Assembly: GCF_009914755.1 (NCBI RefSeq)
Contig: NC_060926.1
Reading direction: 5' to 3' (one strand)
From: the human T2T-CHM13v2.0 reference genome, Homo sapiens
DNA: 64,000 bases
Positions 12,741-29,809 of this stretch are shown here, piece after piece (within the stretch, counting starts at the first letter, position 1; every line of letters begins with the position of its first letter). A program made the translations under genes and the position numbers. The notes below the pieces were generated by a model. It saw nothing but the letters and a program-made list of their open reading frames with translations. It had not been told where the DNA came from and did no database searches.

Positions 12741-14574
12741 TTAACATCAGCATTCAGCATTTTCTGTTTCTTAGTTTGTCTAGTCCAACTATATGCTAAG
12801 GACCTGGGAAAAGGACCGTAGGATGCGTCCATTATCATACTGAGCTGTCTGCAAGACTGATTTGTATCTGAACTCCATTTATCTGTGACTAGTTTACAAT
12901 AGTAACTTTCTGGATTCCTAGGGTTTAACATTTACTTAATGTGCAACAGTTGCCTAAAGATCTAGGCATTTCCCTACCCCTAATGGCCTCAGGTGCCCTT
13001 GGGGAAAATTAGGAAGAGGAGTTATGGAATGTACTACAGGTAGCTAACCTCCCTTTCATTTAAGAAGCTCTGGGTCTGTGAACTAACTCAGACCTAAGCA
13101 TTATGTGAAAGGCTGTGTCTCTATTTTGGTGACTCACGTCAGGCCTGTTTAACAGATCCAGAGGTTTTTGAGTTATACAAATCATATAGAACTTCAGAAG
13201 GCTGCCTATTTCTCTCAGGCCTCTCATCAATTATTTAATACCAAAAGTCACTACTACTCAGAACATCCTGGCTACCACTCAACAATAATTATGCCCTCTT
13301 TTCTTTTTGGTGGTGAAGTTCAGCCCCTAGGCTGATACCGTCCTGAGATCTAATCATTCCAATAGAATCATCATCCTTATGTCTCTTGTGGCCACCACCA
13401 CCAGCATCCTGCTCTACAGAGAACAGACACTATGACACTTTTCACAGATGCTGGTACCCGCCTCAACCAAGGTATTTCTAAATTACTTAATTAGAGAATG
13501 TCTTCTAGGTTTTCTTGGGAGACAAAGGAGGATGAGTGAGTGAGCCATTCATGATAAATGAACTTCAGCTTTACTATCTCCCCAAATTGCTGGATACCTT
13601 TCAATGCACTATACCAAGGATTTCCTGACAGACCCTTTGACTTCATTTAATGTAGTGACATTGAGAAGAAGGTCGTCACCAAGTAAACAAAAAATTAAAA
13701 CCATTTGCAGCTGCTCAAGCCAATACATCAAATTCGGAATCCTTGGTAAGTAAACTCATATTGATAAATGATTCTCAAAATTGTTAGTCCGCTCTTGGCC
13801 TTGTGCCCTTAGAGTCAATTCCCAGACATCCTCTCCAATTTTTTTAATGTTAAAATAATCACCCTTGCGGTTCTTTTCACGATTAGGTTTTTTCTGTCGG
13901 GTTGAATTTTGTAACTGGCTCTCTATGGAATGCCACACTTTGATTCTGGTTATAGGTCCAGTGACAATCCGAAGGGGTTTGAGAGGAATTGTCTCTTCCT
14001 TAAAAAATAGCTGCTTTAGAAAAAGTCTTGAAAGACCTTGCTCTTCAAGCAAATTAAAAACAGCCCTATAAATCAGGAGGGAATGGGCTGCTTTTGGCAA
14101 GGGCTCCTCAGAAGACATAGATACTGGAGTAATTTAGGTTATTTCAAACCTCCTATACGTTTCCATTCTAATGTTTGGGGGCATAATATTTCCCAATTAT
14201 TGTTCTGCCTTTCACATAAAAAACTTGATGAAGCTATAAAGTCGATACTTCCTGATTAAGATAAGGAAGCAGCAAGAAAAAAATTATTTTTAGCTACTTT
14301 GGCCTTGTTATAGCTGTGAATAACTTTTTATCCCACTGTTAAAGAAATTCTGTGCTTTTAAATCTTTGCCTTGAGGTGAGAGTTTAGGACTTTGAACTTG
14401 TCTTCATTTAAGCTCTCCAGTAGAGTAAGTAGCAGGCAGTTTCTTACAAAACTCCAATTCCTCGTGCTCTTCACGTTCTTCATGCCTTTCTATGGCCGTG
14501 GTCACTAGATCCCTCAAGGCATTGCCTCCAATGCATTGCCTCCAATGGTTCCTTCATCCCAGTGACCACAGGGG

Positions 14575-14646
14575 TTTTATATATATATATATATGCTCAG
14601 CCTCCCAAAGTGCTGGGCTTACAGGCATGAGCCACTGCGCCTGGCC
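14575..14646 (-). mobile_element. Alu remnant: only the 5' ~50 bp plus a T/(TA)n tail between TSDs
   Basis: 'ctcagcctcccaaagtgctgggcttacaggcatgagccactgcgcctggcc' preceded by tttt(at)n; flanked on both sides by 'ccacaggggt'. Confidence 0.75.
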
Positions 14647-16457
14647 CACAGGGGTAATTTAATTAGCAGTTTCATCGCTGAGCGCCTTCAGGTAGTAGGT
14701 ACTAGATTTCTTTTTTTGGCAGATGCATCAGCACCAGTCAGTAGTGAATTCTATGGAGTTCTGAAAAAATGACGTTAGCACAGAAATATTAGGATGCATA
14801 GAGAATCAGAAAAAAAAAAATCTAATCCATGTTCCACCTGTAACCTGATGAGGAAACCATCATTCGCTACTGTTGTCCTGTGGTGCTTCAGAAGAAACTA
14901 ATGCCACCCATGCTGCATCTGCAAAGTCATTTGTACTGAGAACTTCAGTGATCAAATAGGGTGAAGTCTTCCCCCCACTGCTATTGCAGTTGAAGCCCAG
15001 ACACCTCTGCCACCACCCACACATGGATTGCAGGTAAGGAGGAACTTCCACACAGAGCCCATTACCTCATGTTGCTGATATCTGATTCCAAGTTTTGTAC
15101 AGGCACATTTTAGACTAAGCCACCTGCCTGAATGCTAAGGAGACTGCATTTTGTGTTCTGACTTTTATGCTGGGAAAGTGAATTCTTGAGATGAGAATTT
15201 TCCAAATATAGAAAGGCTGTTCATTCAAAAGATGAGGGGTAGTCATGGCCGTCAGGAATATTTACAGAGGACATTGGATGATTTTTTTTTCTTTTTTACT
15301 TATTTTACTTTTGGTTCATATGCAATAAATATTAAATGAATGTTTTATGTAACTATATTTTGTTTTTAGTGAAAGGAAAATTATCCTAAACTATTACAAT
15401 GTAATTTTATTAATGTTGACTATCTTAACGGATAATGTATATTTTTAATATGTAACTGAACATTAACGTAGAGATAAGATGATTATAGTCTAATTATTAA
15501 TAAATTGAATTAGTTTATTCTAAAAATATTTACTTATCCAAAATTAAAATGTGTATTTTAAGAGACTATTTTTTACTTTTTAGTTTGATGATTAAACTGC
15601 AACTTAAATTATTTAAAATTATTTGTTTCTCCCACATTTATATAGTTTTAGTTTTTACAACTGTTTTGTTTTCTTGTTTCCTGTTGGATTCTTTCATATT
15701 GAAATATACAGATGTTCCTCTTACGTTACACTTCTGTTTTTTTCTTTGCTCCGTTTTTTCTTCATCTTTCTTTTCTTCACTTAATCTCCCAGTTGGCTGA
15801 AATGAGTTTTCCCAGTGTTCTGTCACTCCAGCTCTGATCTTCTCTCTCTACACTCAGGCCATTGGTAACATCATCCATTCTCACTTCTCCGAGCTTGGCT
15901 GCTGTGGATCCTGATCTGAACATCTAGCTTAAATCGTACCAGCATCAAAGCACCATATTTCCAATGGACATAGTATTTTCCTTGATGTCTTTCAAACTGC
16001 AGATTTTATTCTGCTTTGTGCCATGTTTTCTAATTTAATTAATCCTATTCCTGTCCTCTCAGGTACCCAGGTTCAGAAAAGAGTATCGTGCTTTCCTGCT
16101 GCCTTGCAGTGTGCCTCCTAGCCAGTCATTGAGTCATCTTGGGTCTACTTGTTCAAGTTGCTGTCAAGTCATCTGTAACTTTTGGCTTTTCCCCCATGCC
16201 ACCTCCTTCATATGGCTAAGTCCTATTCATTCTCCTTCAAGTCTCACCTTGGAAGTTACTTCTTTCTGGAAACCTCCCCCAACACCTGCAAACGTTAAAG
16301 ATGAGCCAGAGACTTTAGGTTGGGGGGAGTGGGGGTAGGGTAGAGGCTACAAATAGATGAAAAACACTTTTAAATAGAGGATACCCAGAGTATGAATAGA
16401 TGAAAAACACTTGTAAATAGAGGGTACCCAGAGTGCTGGGAAAATGGGTGGGAAGGG

Positions 16458-16841
16458 TGTATTAGTTTGTTCTCGCATTGCTATAAAGAACTGCTTGAGA
16501 CTGGGCAATTTATAAAGAAAAGAGATTTAATTGACTCACAGTTCTGCAGGTTGTACAGGACGCCTGGCTGTGGAGGCCTCAGGAAATTTACAATCATGGT
16601 GGATGGTGAAGGGGAAGCAGGCCCGTCTTACATGGCAGGGGAAGTACGAAAAGAGTGAAGGGGAAGGTGCTACACACTTTTAAACAACCAGATCTTGTGA
16701 GAACTCACTCACTATCATGAGAACAGCAAGTGGGATGTCAACTCCCATGATCCAGTTACTTCTCACCAGGTCCCTCCTCCAGAACTGGGGATTACAATTT
16801 GACATGAGATTTGGGTGGGGACACAAATCCGAACCACATCA
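16458..16841. mobile_element. Solo MaLR LTR (MSTA/MSTB)
   Basis: 'tgtattagtttgttctcgcattgctataaagaac...gacatgagatttgggtggggacacaaatccgaaccacatca'; 5-bp TSD aaggg/gaggg. Confidence 0.85.
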
Positions 16842-16940
16842 GAGGGTGTGGAGGATTCCACACTGGATAGCCAAATGGACAGCCTCACTTTCTGAGTGCC
16901 ACTCCTTCTTTAGACTTTGTGAGATTGTAAAGGAGTAAAC

Positions 16941-20492
<3,552 letters not shown>

Positions 20493-21009
20493 CTAGGTAA
20501 TTTTTTATTATTAGAATGATCATAAAAATAAGTAAAATTATCTACTTGAGTTGATAGGCAATTCACTGTTGATTTAGTGTATTCTGGACATCTTTCCAAC
20601 GAATAGATGAGATGGGAGAGTATGCTTTAAGAGCATAGATAAATGGCTTGCTCTGAGACTGAAGAAAGGCCAACTCCTCCAAACCCTGAATCTAACACAA
20701 TCTTTGGTACACTTCTGAACTTCGTTTCCCTGACTGTATTTTCTTCTGCCACACATACTATCTTATGTTAATTATTGTAAACTTTTGTTTTTGGTAATGA
20801 CTGGAAGTGTAAATCTTATCTCCCCTTTTTGTAGAAGATTTTAATGCTCATTCTTAACTGTTTATGCTTCTAAATTAAATTTTAAATCTGATTCAGGTTC
20901 AAAAATTGGACTCCTAATTGGCATTTCATTAATTTAAAAAATTTATATGGGATAGTTTTCATCTTCCCTCTCTTTTGCGGCCCTCAGATAGAGAGACCTG
21001 AATTTATAA

Positions 21010-21624
<615 letters not shown>

Positions 21625-21852
21625 TAGAGGAAGAGCTGATTTTAGAAGGGGAGATTTGGACACAGAGGAAGAACCATGGGAAGATGCAGGGAGCCATCCT
21701 CAAATCAAAGAAAGAGGCCTCAAAAGAAACCAACTCTGCCAACACTTTGATCTTGGATTTTTAGCTTCCAGAATTGTGAGAAAATAAAATTCTGTTGTTT
21801 AAGCCACCTTGCCTGTGGTATTTTGTTATGGCAGCGCTTGCAAACTAATGCA
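21625..21852 (+). mobile_element. MLT1A/B LTR, 3' half
   Basis: 'agaggcctcaaaagaaaccaactctgccaacactttgatcttggattttt', 'gttgtttaagccaccttgcctgtggtattttgttatggcagc..aaactaatgca'. Confidence 0.75.
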
Positions 21853-21854
21853 GT

Positions 21855-21855
<1 letters not shown>

Positions 21856-21915
<60 letters not shown>
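21856..21915. repeat. Compound microsatellite (CT)n(AT)n
   Basis: Directly visible. Confidence 0.95.
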
Positions 21916-24900
21916 TTGAGTTGAATTGTCTTTGGGGATATTGCTCTGTTGCTGTTTCTAAAGTAGCTCTTTATGTAGTAAAAATATTTACTTTCTCTGT
22001 CTCATGTTGAAAGTCGTTTTCCTAGTTTCGCTTTTTCTATTTAGCTTTGTTTACATTTGATTACCTTTTAACTTTGTTTACAATGAGGTTTTAAAGTTAG
22101 AAATTTTTAAATATCAGTGCAGTCAAATCAATCATTTCTTAATATACATGGAGTTGTTTCTGAGATTTTTATTGTGTTCATTTCCAATATATGTTTATTT
22201 TGGTACTAGTATCATACTTTTTAATTATTATAAATTTTTAGTATGTTTTGACATCTGTTTCTATTATTTTTTTCTTTATAGATGCTGTGTTTTCAAATTT
22301 GCATAAGAATACTAAATTGATATTTAATAATGTCTTGCTTTTGCTGTAAATGTGCTTCATAAATGTGTGTTTGCTTTAATTCTTTTAGATTGGTCAGTTT
22401 CTTTCAAACTAAAAAATTCTCTCCTATGGCTGCTTTTTTCTTTTAATTCCCTATTGTTATTTTGTTATTGATAGTTGTGTTTGGGGTGGAAGAACTGTAT
22501 ATTGATCCAATATTGAATTTATATAATTTCTCTTAAGAGAGAAAGAAAAGTACAATTACTTTAAATTTTACTTAGCTAGATTAGGGGACTAACTGCTTTT
22601 AAAGATATAGAGCAAGAGTAGGCAGCAGCCTCTTGGCAATAATCTCACCCATATAATAATAATGGACATCTTTTTAGAGGTTTGTTTTTATTTTATTTTT
22701 TAATGTAACCAAATAGGTAGATACTCTCAGACTAGTGTGAGGCAAGCCTAGCAGGCCTGCAGGAACCTGAGAATGGGTGCCTCCTTAAATTTTGCACCCT
22801 AGGAGCTTCTCTTGCCCACTTTGGGCTTTTCTAAGGGTGGGCCAGGAATGAGTATCACGGCCCATTCTTCTGTATGTGGAACAGGAACAGCTCTCCCTGG
22901 AGCTGCGTGCAGAATCTGCAGTGACAGTTGTTTCATGGTGCACTCTCTTCTGTAGCCTCTGCCACCCTAAGTTTCACGAATTGTTATTGGGGGTTCTACT
23001 TGGGGTGTCAGTACCACTCACTTACTTCCAAGTTAGGAATTTGAAAGGGGAGTTAAATATATTTGATCATTTTAAGGTCTTCAAGGCTATTTACTTTGGT
23101 ATTTTCTTCCAATCTTTTCTCAATCTATATATTTCATACATAGTTGAAATCAAAATTCTATACAATTTAATTTTCTGCCTTTTTCACCTAAAGGCATATC
23201 AGAAAAATTCCCTAGCTTTTGATAAACACATTTTTAATGGCCATTCAATATTTCATTGAAAAGATATATATCTCCAGGTAATCACAGGGATGAGAAAAAA
23301 AGTTTTGCTTTGCCATTTGACGTCTGATTGTTACTGTGTAAGAGATCTTATAAGCTTATTGGCAATTCAGTTTGCTATAAATATGTATCTGCTCTATGTA
23401 ATACTGGGTATTTCTTAACCCTGGTGGTTGCGGAGGGGAGATAGGTAAGGAGTTTGGATTATAAATTGTAATGTGAAATATAAAATATGTTTTTGGAACA
23501 CTGAGGAAGAAATAGTTTGGCCTTGGTATTTTGGGGTATGGCTTCACTGATGAATGCATTTGAAATGGCCCTGAAGGCTTAGTAGAGTTTTCAGAGTGAG
23601 GAAGAAAAGGGCATTCAAAGTAGGAAAAAACAGCATGAATAAAGGCATGGCATAGAAAAAGCATGGAATTCAACATTGAATTGTTTATCTGTGCTTATGA
23701 CAATCCACTGTTAAGTCCAGACTATCTCCTAGCAAATACTTTAACCGTATCCTTTTATGGACCTTTATAGCTGCTGATAAAAAAATCGAGTCAATTATGT
23801 TTTATGTCCATGTATTTCCTCTTCTCTGCTTTCTTTGTTGGCAGCTGTGAAAAATAAAATGAGAGGCAATGAGTTTGATATGTGTCTTTTGTTCTTCTTT
23901 TGTGTTCTGAGTTTAATTAGTTTTATAAGAAAATGTTTTGGGAAAGGGCAGTAGACACAGAAAGATAGGAACCAGAGAAAATGTCTGCATGGTTTTGTGT
24001 GGAGATGAGTGGATAGTTTTTCACAAAATAATTGTGGTATTCAAAGCCAGTGTGAAAACTGAAATATAAAATAGAAAACCACTTTTTGTCTTTCTACCCT
24101 TGCTTGTACACATTTCTCTTAACATCGAGAAAATTCAAGAACTGCTGAGAGTGTAGAATTTTGAGAACAAAGGATTTCTATCATATATATTGTGAGCTAT
24201 AAGTGGGCATTTTATATGTATTTTAATGTTATCGGAATATATTTTAGGGGTAAAAACCACCAGCTCTGGAAACCAGAAGGCCTTTTTTTTTTTTTTTTTT
24301 ATCAAATTAGTAAAAGGGCAGTGAGATTTGTTAAGGCCAGAGATGTAATGATTAGATAATATGTCAAGTCTGTGGAGAGCACTAATTGCAGCAAGAGATT
24401 AAAGTCTCTGTTGAAATCACTTAAAGCTCTGAAGATTTGTTCAAGTAAATCAGAACAATGCCCCATGTCACAAGCACTATCAGCGCCCGAGGAATGAACA
24501 TCATGTGCTACTGCTTTCTCCCTCTTTTCATGATTGTCCTCAGGACAGTGTGGCTGTAGTTATCATACTGAGGAAGATTAAGAGCTTTGCAGCTCTAATA
24601 GCAAACCTACAATTACCCAATGGGGGAAGACATAGTAGATTAAGTGTAACAAAAGGGAGATCTGCATCAACTTAATTTATCCAAGCCACCAACCTATTGA
24701 AGCTACTTAGTAAAATAATTCTGAACTTTACTCAAGATAAAACTTCATGGCAGTCATCTTTTAATTTGAAAATTAGTAAATTAGCATTTCTGGGATAACT
24801 GTGATGTGATTTAAATATAAAAGTAGTTCAATGTAATCTCCCCCTTCCTTCTTCCCTTTCTTCAGATTTAAGAAGAGAGATTCCCTCTAGGGTTAGATGT

Positions 24901-26030
24901 AAGTGTATTGGCTCTTAGATGAATCCAGTCACTTCCTGGTAGGCAGAATGACTAAGAATACATTCCCTACACTCAGAAAGATATGAAGCTGTTGAAAATC
25001 ACACTCTGAAATTAAGGTGCTGGTAATACAAATGAGAGGTGTCTTCTGATTTTGAGCTTTGTAAATTCAGAGGATATTGTGACAGGATTTAGGATCAGAG
25101 GTGTGGAACAGCAGCCAACTTGAGAAATATAGGGAGAAACATATATTTTTTAAATTTGGATACACACTATATAAAACTTTTATTCTAAGGACTTATTTCG
25201 GTTTAAAGACTTTTTTGAATTTGTAAATGCAACTATATGCTATGTTAAAACATGGCTTACCAAATCATTTTTACTGTGTATGGAGATATTAAATCCTATA
25301 AGAAAAAACCATGTTTTTATTCCTAATTCGGGGAAATATTTTATAAACTTCTTTTACAAATATTTAAAATCCAATTTTTTTTCACAGTTTTTACCTATTA
25401 TCATTCTTTATAAAATAAGCCCTAGAACTTAAAAAATAATTGAAATAAAAATCTTGAGTATGGAGATGGGGTGGGGATTATTTTTATTGCTCCCAATTTT
25501 GCTCCTAAAAAATTTGTTTTCTCCTTGGAATTTTCTCACTTTGGTACTGTCACCATGCTGGTTAAACGATCTGTCCCTAGGGCCACATCAAGACTTTAGA
25601 GGATCTTAATGGCAGAAGATCACTGATTAAAAAACAAAACAAAACAAAACAAAAAAGAATTCACAGGCCCTAAACACTAAAAAAATTTTTTTGCAGGAGT
25701 GATTATGCATGGAGGGTTTTATGTCATTATTAAAAATATGAAAGAGTGAGAGAGTAAAGGTGACTATTTTTATTCTCCTAATGATGACTAGTTCAATGCA
25801 TTACATACATATGTATTTATATATGTAACACATAAAATTCATTTAAGCATATTTTAATGCCCTTACTTGCATGTGCTTAATCCAAGACTAGCTCCTCTTT
25901 AGAATTTAGGCACAGGATTTTTTTTTTTTTTTTCACACAACTCCTTCTGCCTAAAACTTTCTCAGAGACATTACAGCCAACATCATACTGACAGCTTTCA
26001 GGCTAGAATCAGCTCACAGATTAACATGTA

Positions 26031-26071
26031 TAATGTATATATATACACACACACACACACATATATATATG
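26031..26071. repeat. Compound (AT)n(AC)n(AT)n microsatellite
   Basis: Directly visible. Confidence 0.85.
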
Positions 26072-27695
26072 TAAATATCAGTTCAATATCATGTGTTCAT
26101 GAGGATAACCAGTGTTTTAAAATTATATAACTAGTATAAGAGCAATCCAGTAGGAATATACACATGGGATGATGCTGGAGAGAGAGAGAGAGAAAAAAAA
26201 ACTTCATTCTGTTATGTCTCTGCTTTGGAAACTTGAGGATTTTCCTTGAATTGTCCACCTTGTTTCCTTGCACTAAATTACTACTAGTAAGCAAAACTTG
26301 TTACCCGTGTGAATAGACTACACTCGTCTCAAATATCATAATTCCAAAAAAGATCTTGTTCTCATAGCATTTCCCTGAGGGACTCAGAACGGATTCATTC
26401 TACAGATATTTTGGTGTGTTGGCTGGATGCAAATCATTTCATAAATATTTATGCAAGATCTGCGTTTGGAACACAAATGAATAATATCATTCCTGACCTC
26501 AAGGAGTTTATTTCTGATAGGGGAGATGAGGAAATTACAGTTATCTGTAATAAAAGGTGGGCTGGAGTAAGTTCTGTATTAATGTTTGTTTAATATTTAA
26601 GGAGTGGGCAGAGTAGGATTTAGTGTCATAAGTGTATTTTAGTTTTAGCTCAGACCAACAAAGACTTTTTTGTTTTCATTCTTGTACTCTATAGCCATGA
26701 CGGTAAATTTATTTCCAGAAAGAACACTGTCAATTTGCCATTAAGAAACAAAGAAATTTGATGAAAAGTTTGAATTCTTCTGTGTACTTTGCCATATAGG
26801 AAGTTATCTTGCTCTTCCCACTCAAATAATGAGAGCAAACAAATAAAGGAAAACACCTGCTTATTTCACCTCTAGTTGTGTTTTCTTTCACCCTGGCCCC
26901 CAAAGGCCAGATTTAGGCAACAGCTGTGCACCATGTGTGCCCAGAATCTGGAGAAATATGGGCCATGGATCTGCAGAGCACACTCTCCTTCTTTTTATTT
27001 TTTTCATGGAATAGTCATGACTGAGTTTAGTGTATTTTTCCACTTTAATGTTTATTTTAAGAGTATGCACAATGAGGGGTAATACACACATATAATTAAA
27101 ATTATCCTCCAAAGCATAATGGATATACTATCACATCTCATCTCTTAATATTTGGCAGCCACAAAGATACGTGAAGAGTTGCCCTCCCTGAGGTGGCCTA
27201 CTTTTTCAGGGGAGGGGAAGAGGTCTAGCTGTTTTCCCAGTAATTAATCTGCAGATTTTAACTAGGGAATCGTATGCAATGGAGTCCTTTGAGATTGTAT
27301 TGGGAAATATGGAAACTTCATCTTTGCAATCAGGACATTGCTGAGCTACACAGAGCAATGTAGGGGAGATGGGGAGGGGGTCAAGATGAATAGTCATTTG
27401 TTCTGGAGTACTTTAGATTGTGTGTGCTGGAACTGGCATTTAGGTTTTCCTCATAAAGGATTTCAAAATGTTATCAGCTTTGCCACTACGAATCTCCTTG
27501 TTTCATGTGGAGATATGGAGCCAACTAGTCAATTTAATGTGCAGTAAAAGAGAAACATAACCTTTCAGAAGATTCTGTGGTGACTTCATCCTTATTTGCA
27601 ATTCTGCCTGGTTGCTGGAGGCTCCCGGTAGTATTCAGGTGCTTGGGTAGAGTGCTGGGCCACAATACTTTTGCTAGGTTCTAAACATGACTGTA

Positions 27696-28426
27696 TTTAT
27701 TTTATTTTAAATGTGCTTTATTTTAAGACAACCTAATTATTTTTTAAACAATGCATCCACACCAAAATAAATTAAGGTATAAATAAATGAGAGCTCAAGA
27801 TAGCATCAGTCCAATTCCTTGAAGTCCTGGTTTTGTGTGGATGTAAAAAAGCAGCAGCCAGTTACAATGACAAGTGATACAATAAAAGTAAATGGTTAAA
27901 TTGATTAACATTGTCCCTATTAAAATCACCTTTAAATAAATTCGTATATGGGATCATATCCTCATGGTAGTCTAGCAGACCCAGTATGCCATATGGACTC
28001 ATATTTTCACCAAGAAAGAACTGACAGTTTTTAAAATTAGTGAAAATATGCTTGATTTGTTTTTTACAGTAGCACCGTAAAAGGGATTTTTTTTTCTCTT
28101 TGGTTTCTGTTATTCTTGCCTTTGATTGATAAATATGTAGTCTTTGAGGTCCTTTTTGTAAAGTTTGTTTTTGAGCTTGTTTCTTTAAATAATTGCTCGT
28201 GACTGTATCACACTGGCAATTACCGCAACATCTGTTACTTTTCTTTCTGGACTTTCAGCAGAAGCAGCTTGACCAATGGGCGAGACATCAGTGTTGCCCT
28301 CTGTCCTGCTCTTCCCTGCCCAGCAGGGACAGCCTATTAATGATCTCCTGGATCTGGTGATGAATTTTGGAGAATATCTCCATAAATGATCATAGGTTGG
28401 TGAAGGGAGACAATCGGGCACAAACT
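27696..28426 (-). pseudogene. TPT1P: Processed pseudogene of TPT1 (translationally controlled tumour protein, TCTP); CDS remnant 28393->27905
   Basis: Minus strand: ATG ATC ATT TAT (MIIY) at 28393; '[22 protein letters not shown]' vs TCTP [22 protein letters not shown]; '[34 protein letters not shown]' vs [34 protein letters not shown]; ends TGT TAA (27905). TPT1-like 3'UTR 'catccacacaaaaccaggactt..ggactgatg..tcttgagctct', AATAAA (27717-27722), A-rich tail, no introns, frameshifts, degenerate TSD ctgtatttatttt/ctgtagatatttt. Confidence 0.9.
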
Positions 28427-29809
28427 CTGTAGATATTTTCCTTGGCATAAATTATGTAAAAATAAAAGATGTAATAGATGTGAAACCTACTGGCTCTATT
28501 AATCAGACATTTTTAAGTGTCAAAATAGAGTAAATGGGTTTGAATTTTGATGAGACTATGGCCTACTAAATTAAATGTGGTAATGAAGATTTATAACAAA
28601 AGTGGAAGTATTTCGGTAGAGGTTTCTAGTTGACTTACACATAAATCATTGATACAACCCCTTCCATTTCTTCCCTGCCTGTAAAATTCCCCAAGACATG
28701 CATTGTTCAGGAAAGTTTATAAACTGCTAATGGCAGCGGAAAAATTGGAATATCCTGAGTTGCTACATTGCCTCTGTTTGTGGTTTGGAAGATTTCTTGT
28801 CCTTGATGGGACAGAATTAGTAACAATGTGATTTAGGGAATCCTGTGCCAATGATGTTATTACCTGTACCTTTCCCCGTTTACAAACAAAATTGGGCTCC
28901 AACAAAATGATTTTGACCACATTTACTATTGTTATTTCTATATTGTCATGTTGATGCTTTCAAATATCAACATATTTGTTCACAAAATAGAAATTTTGAT
29001 ATCATTTTTTCCTTTTGCACAGCCCTTTTCTCGTTGCTGATATGTCCCTATTCTCAGAAGGCTAAGGGCAGGTCTGAGCAACATCTCTGTGTTTTTTGCT
29101 GAAGGAATGTCTTTTGATAAACAGGTTTATCTATAATCTTTCCTTTGTTAAATGTAGTGATCAGCCTCTTTAGCAGGATACACTTTTATCTTTGTGGGGA
29201 AATGAACAAGCTGAGCATCCTCAGATTCTCTTGAAAAGCAAATAGTTATAAAAAGTAAACGATATTGAACATTTCAACATTTCCTTTTGGATTCATGGAG
29301 TTTTATGACTAATATGAAAATTGAGGTTTAATCTTTACCATTCGAGTGTTTGATTTTATTTATCTTGGTTTATTTTTCCTTATTGGAAGAGTGGGCTGGG
29401 TTGGGGGAAAATAAAAATGTCCACTTGTAAGAAGAGATCCTAATAAAGAATGTTGCCGGCACTGATACTCAGCTTAGAGGTTTCAACAATGCAGCTTATT
29501 TCAGCTGTACATTTAGTTACTATGTGGTAGCTCTCTCCCCGAGAAAAGAAGCATCTTGTAAAATCTGTGTTATTTTGTCAGACTACAGAGAGCAAAAGTT
29601 TATGGTATGGCTAGAGATGGAAAAAAAGTTCTGCTAGACTTATCAGTGCTAATTGTGGATATTTTTGACAGTTTTCCTGAAAGCTGCTAGCTTCTGTTAA
29701 GGAATTTTAGAGTTAAAAATAATTCAGGCTTATTGTTTAAATAATTGGAAAATAGATTGATTTTTTTTCCTATGGCTTAACTAATAACAATAAAAATATT
29801 AGAGGCCCC

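Noticed and set aside
14519-14546. Short tandem duplications (14 bp here; similar ones near 7598-7631 and 61428-61453)
   Set aside because: Ordinary slippage events with no further structure.
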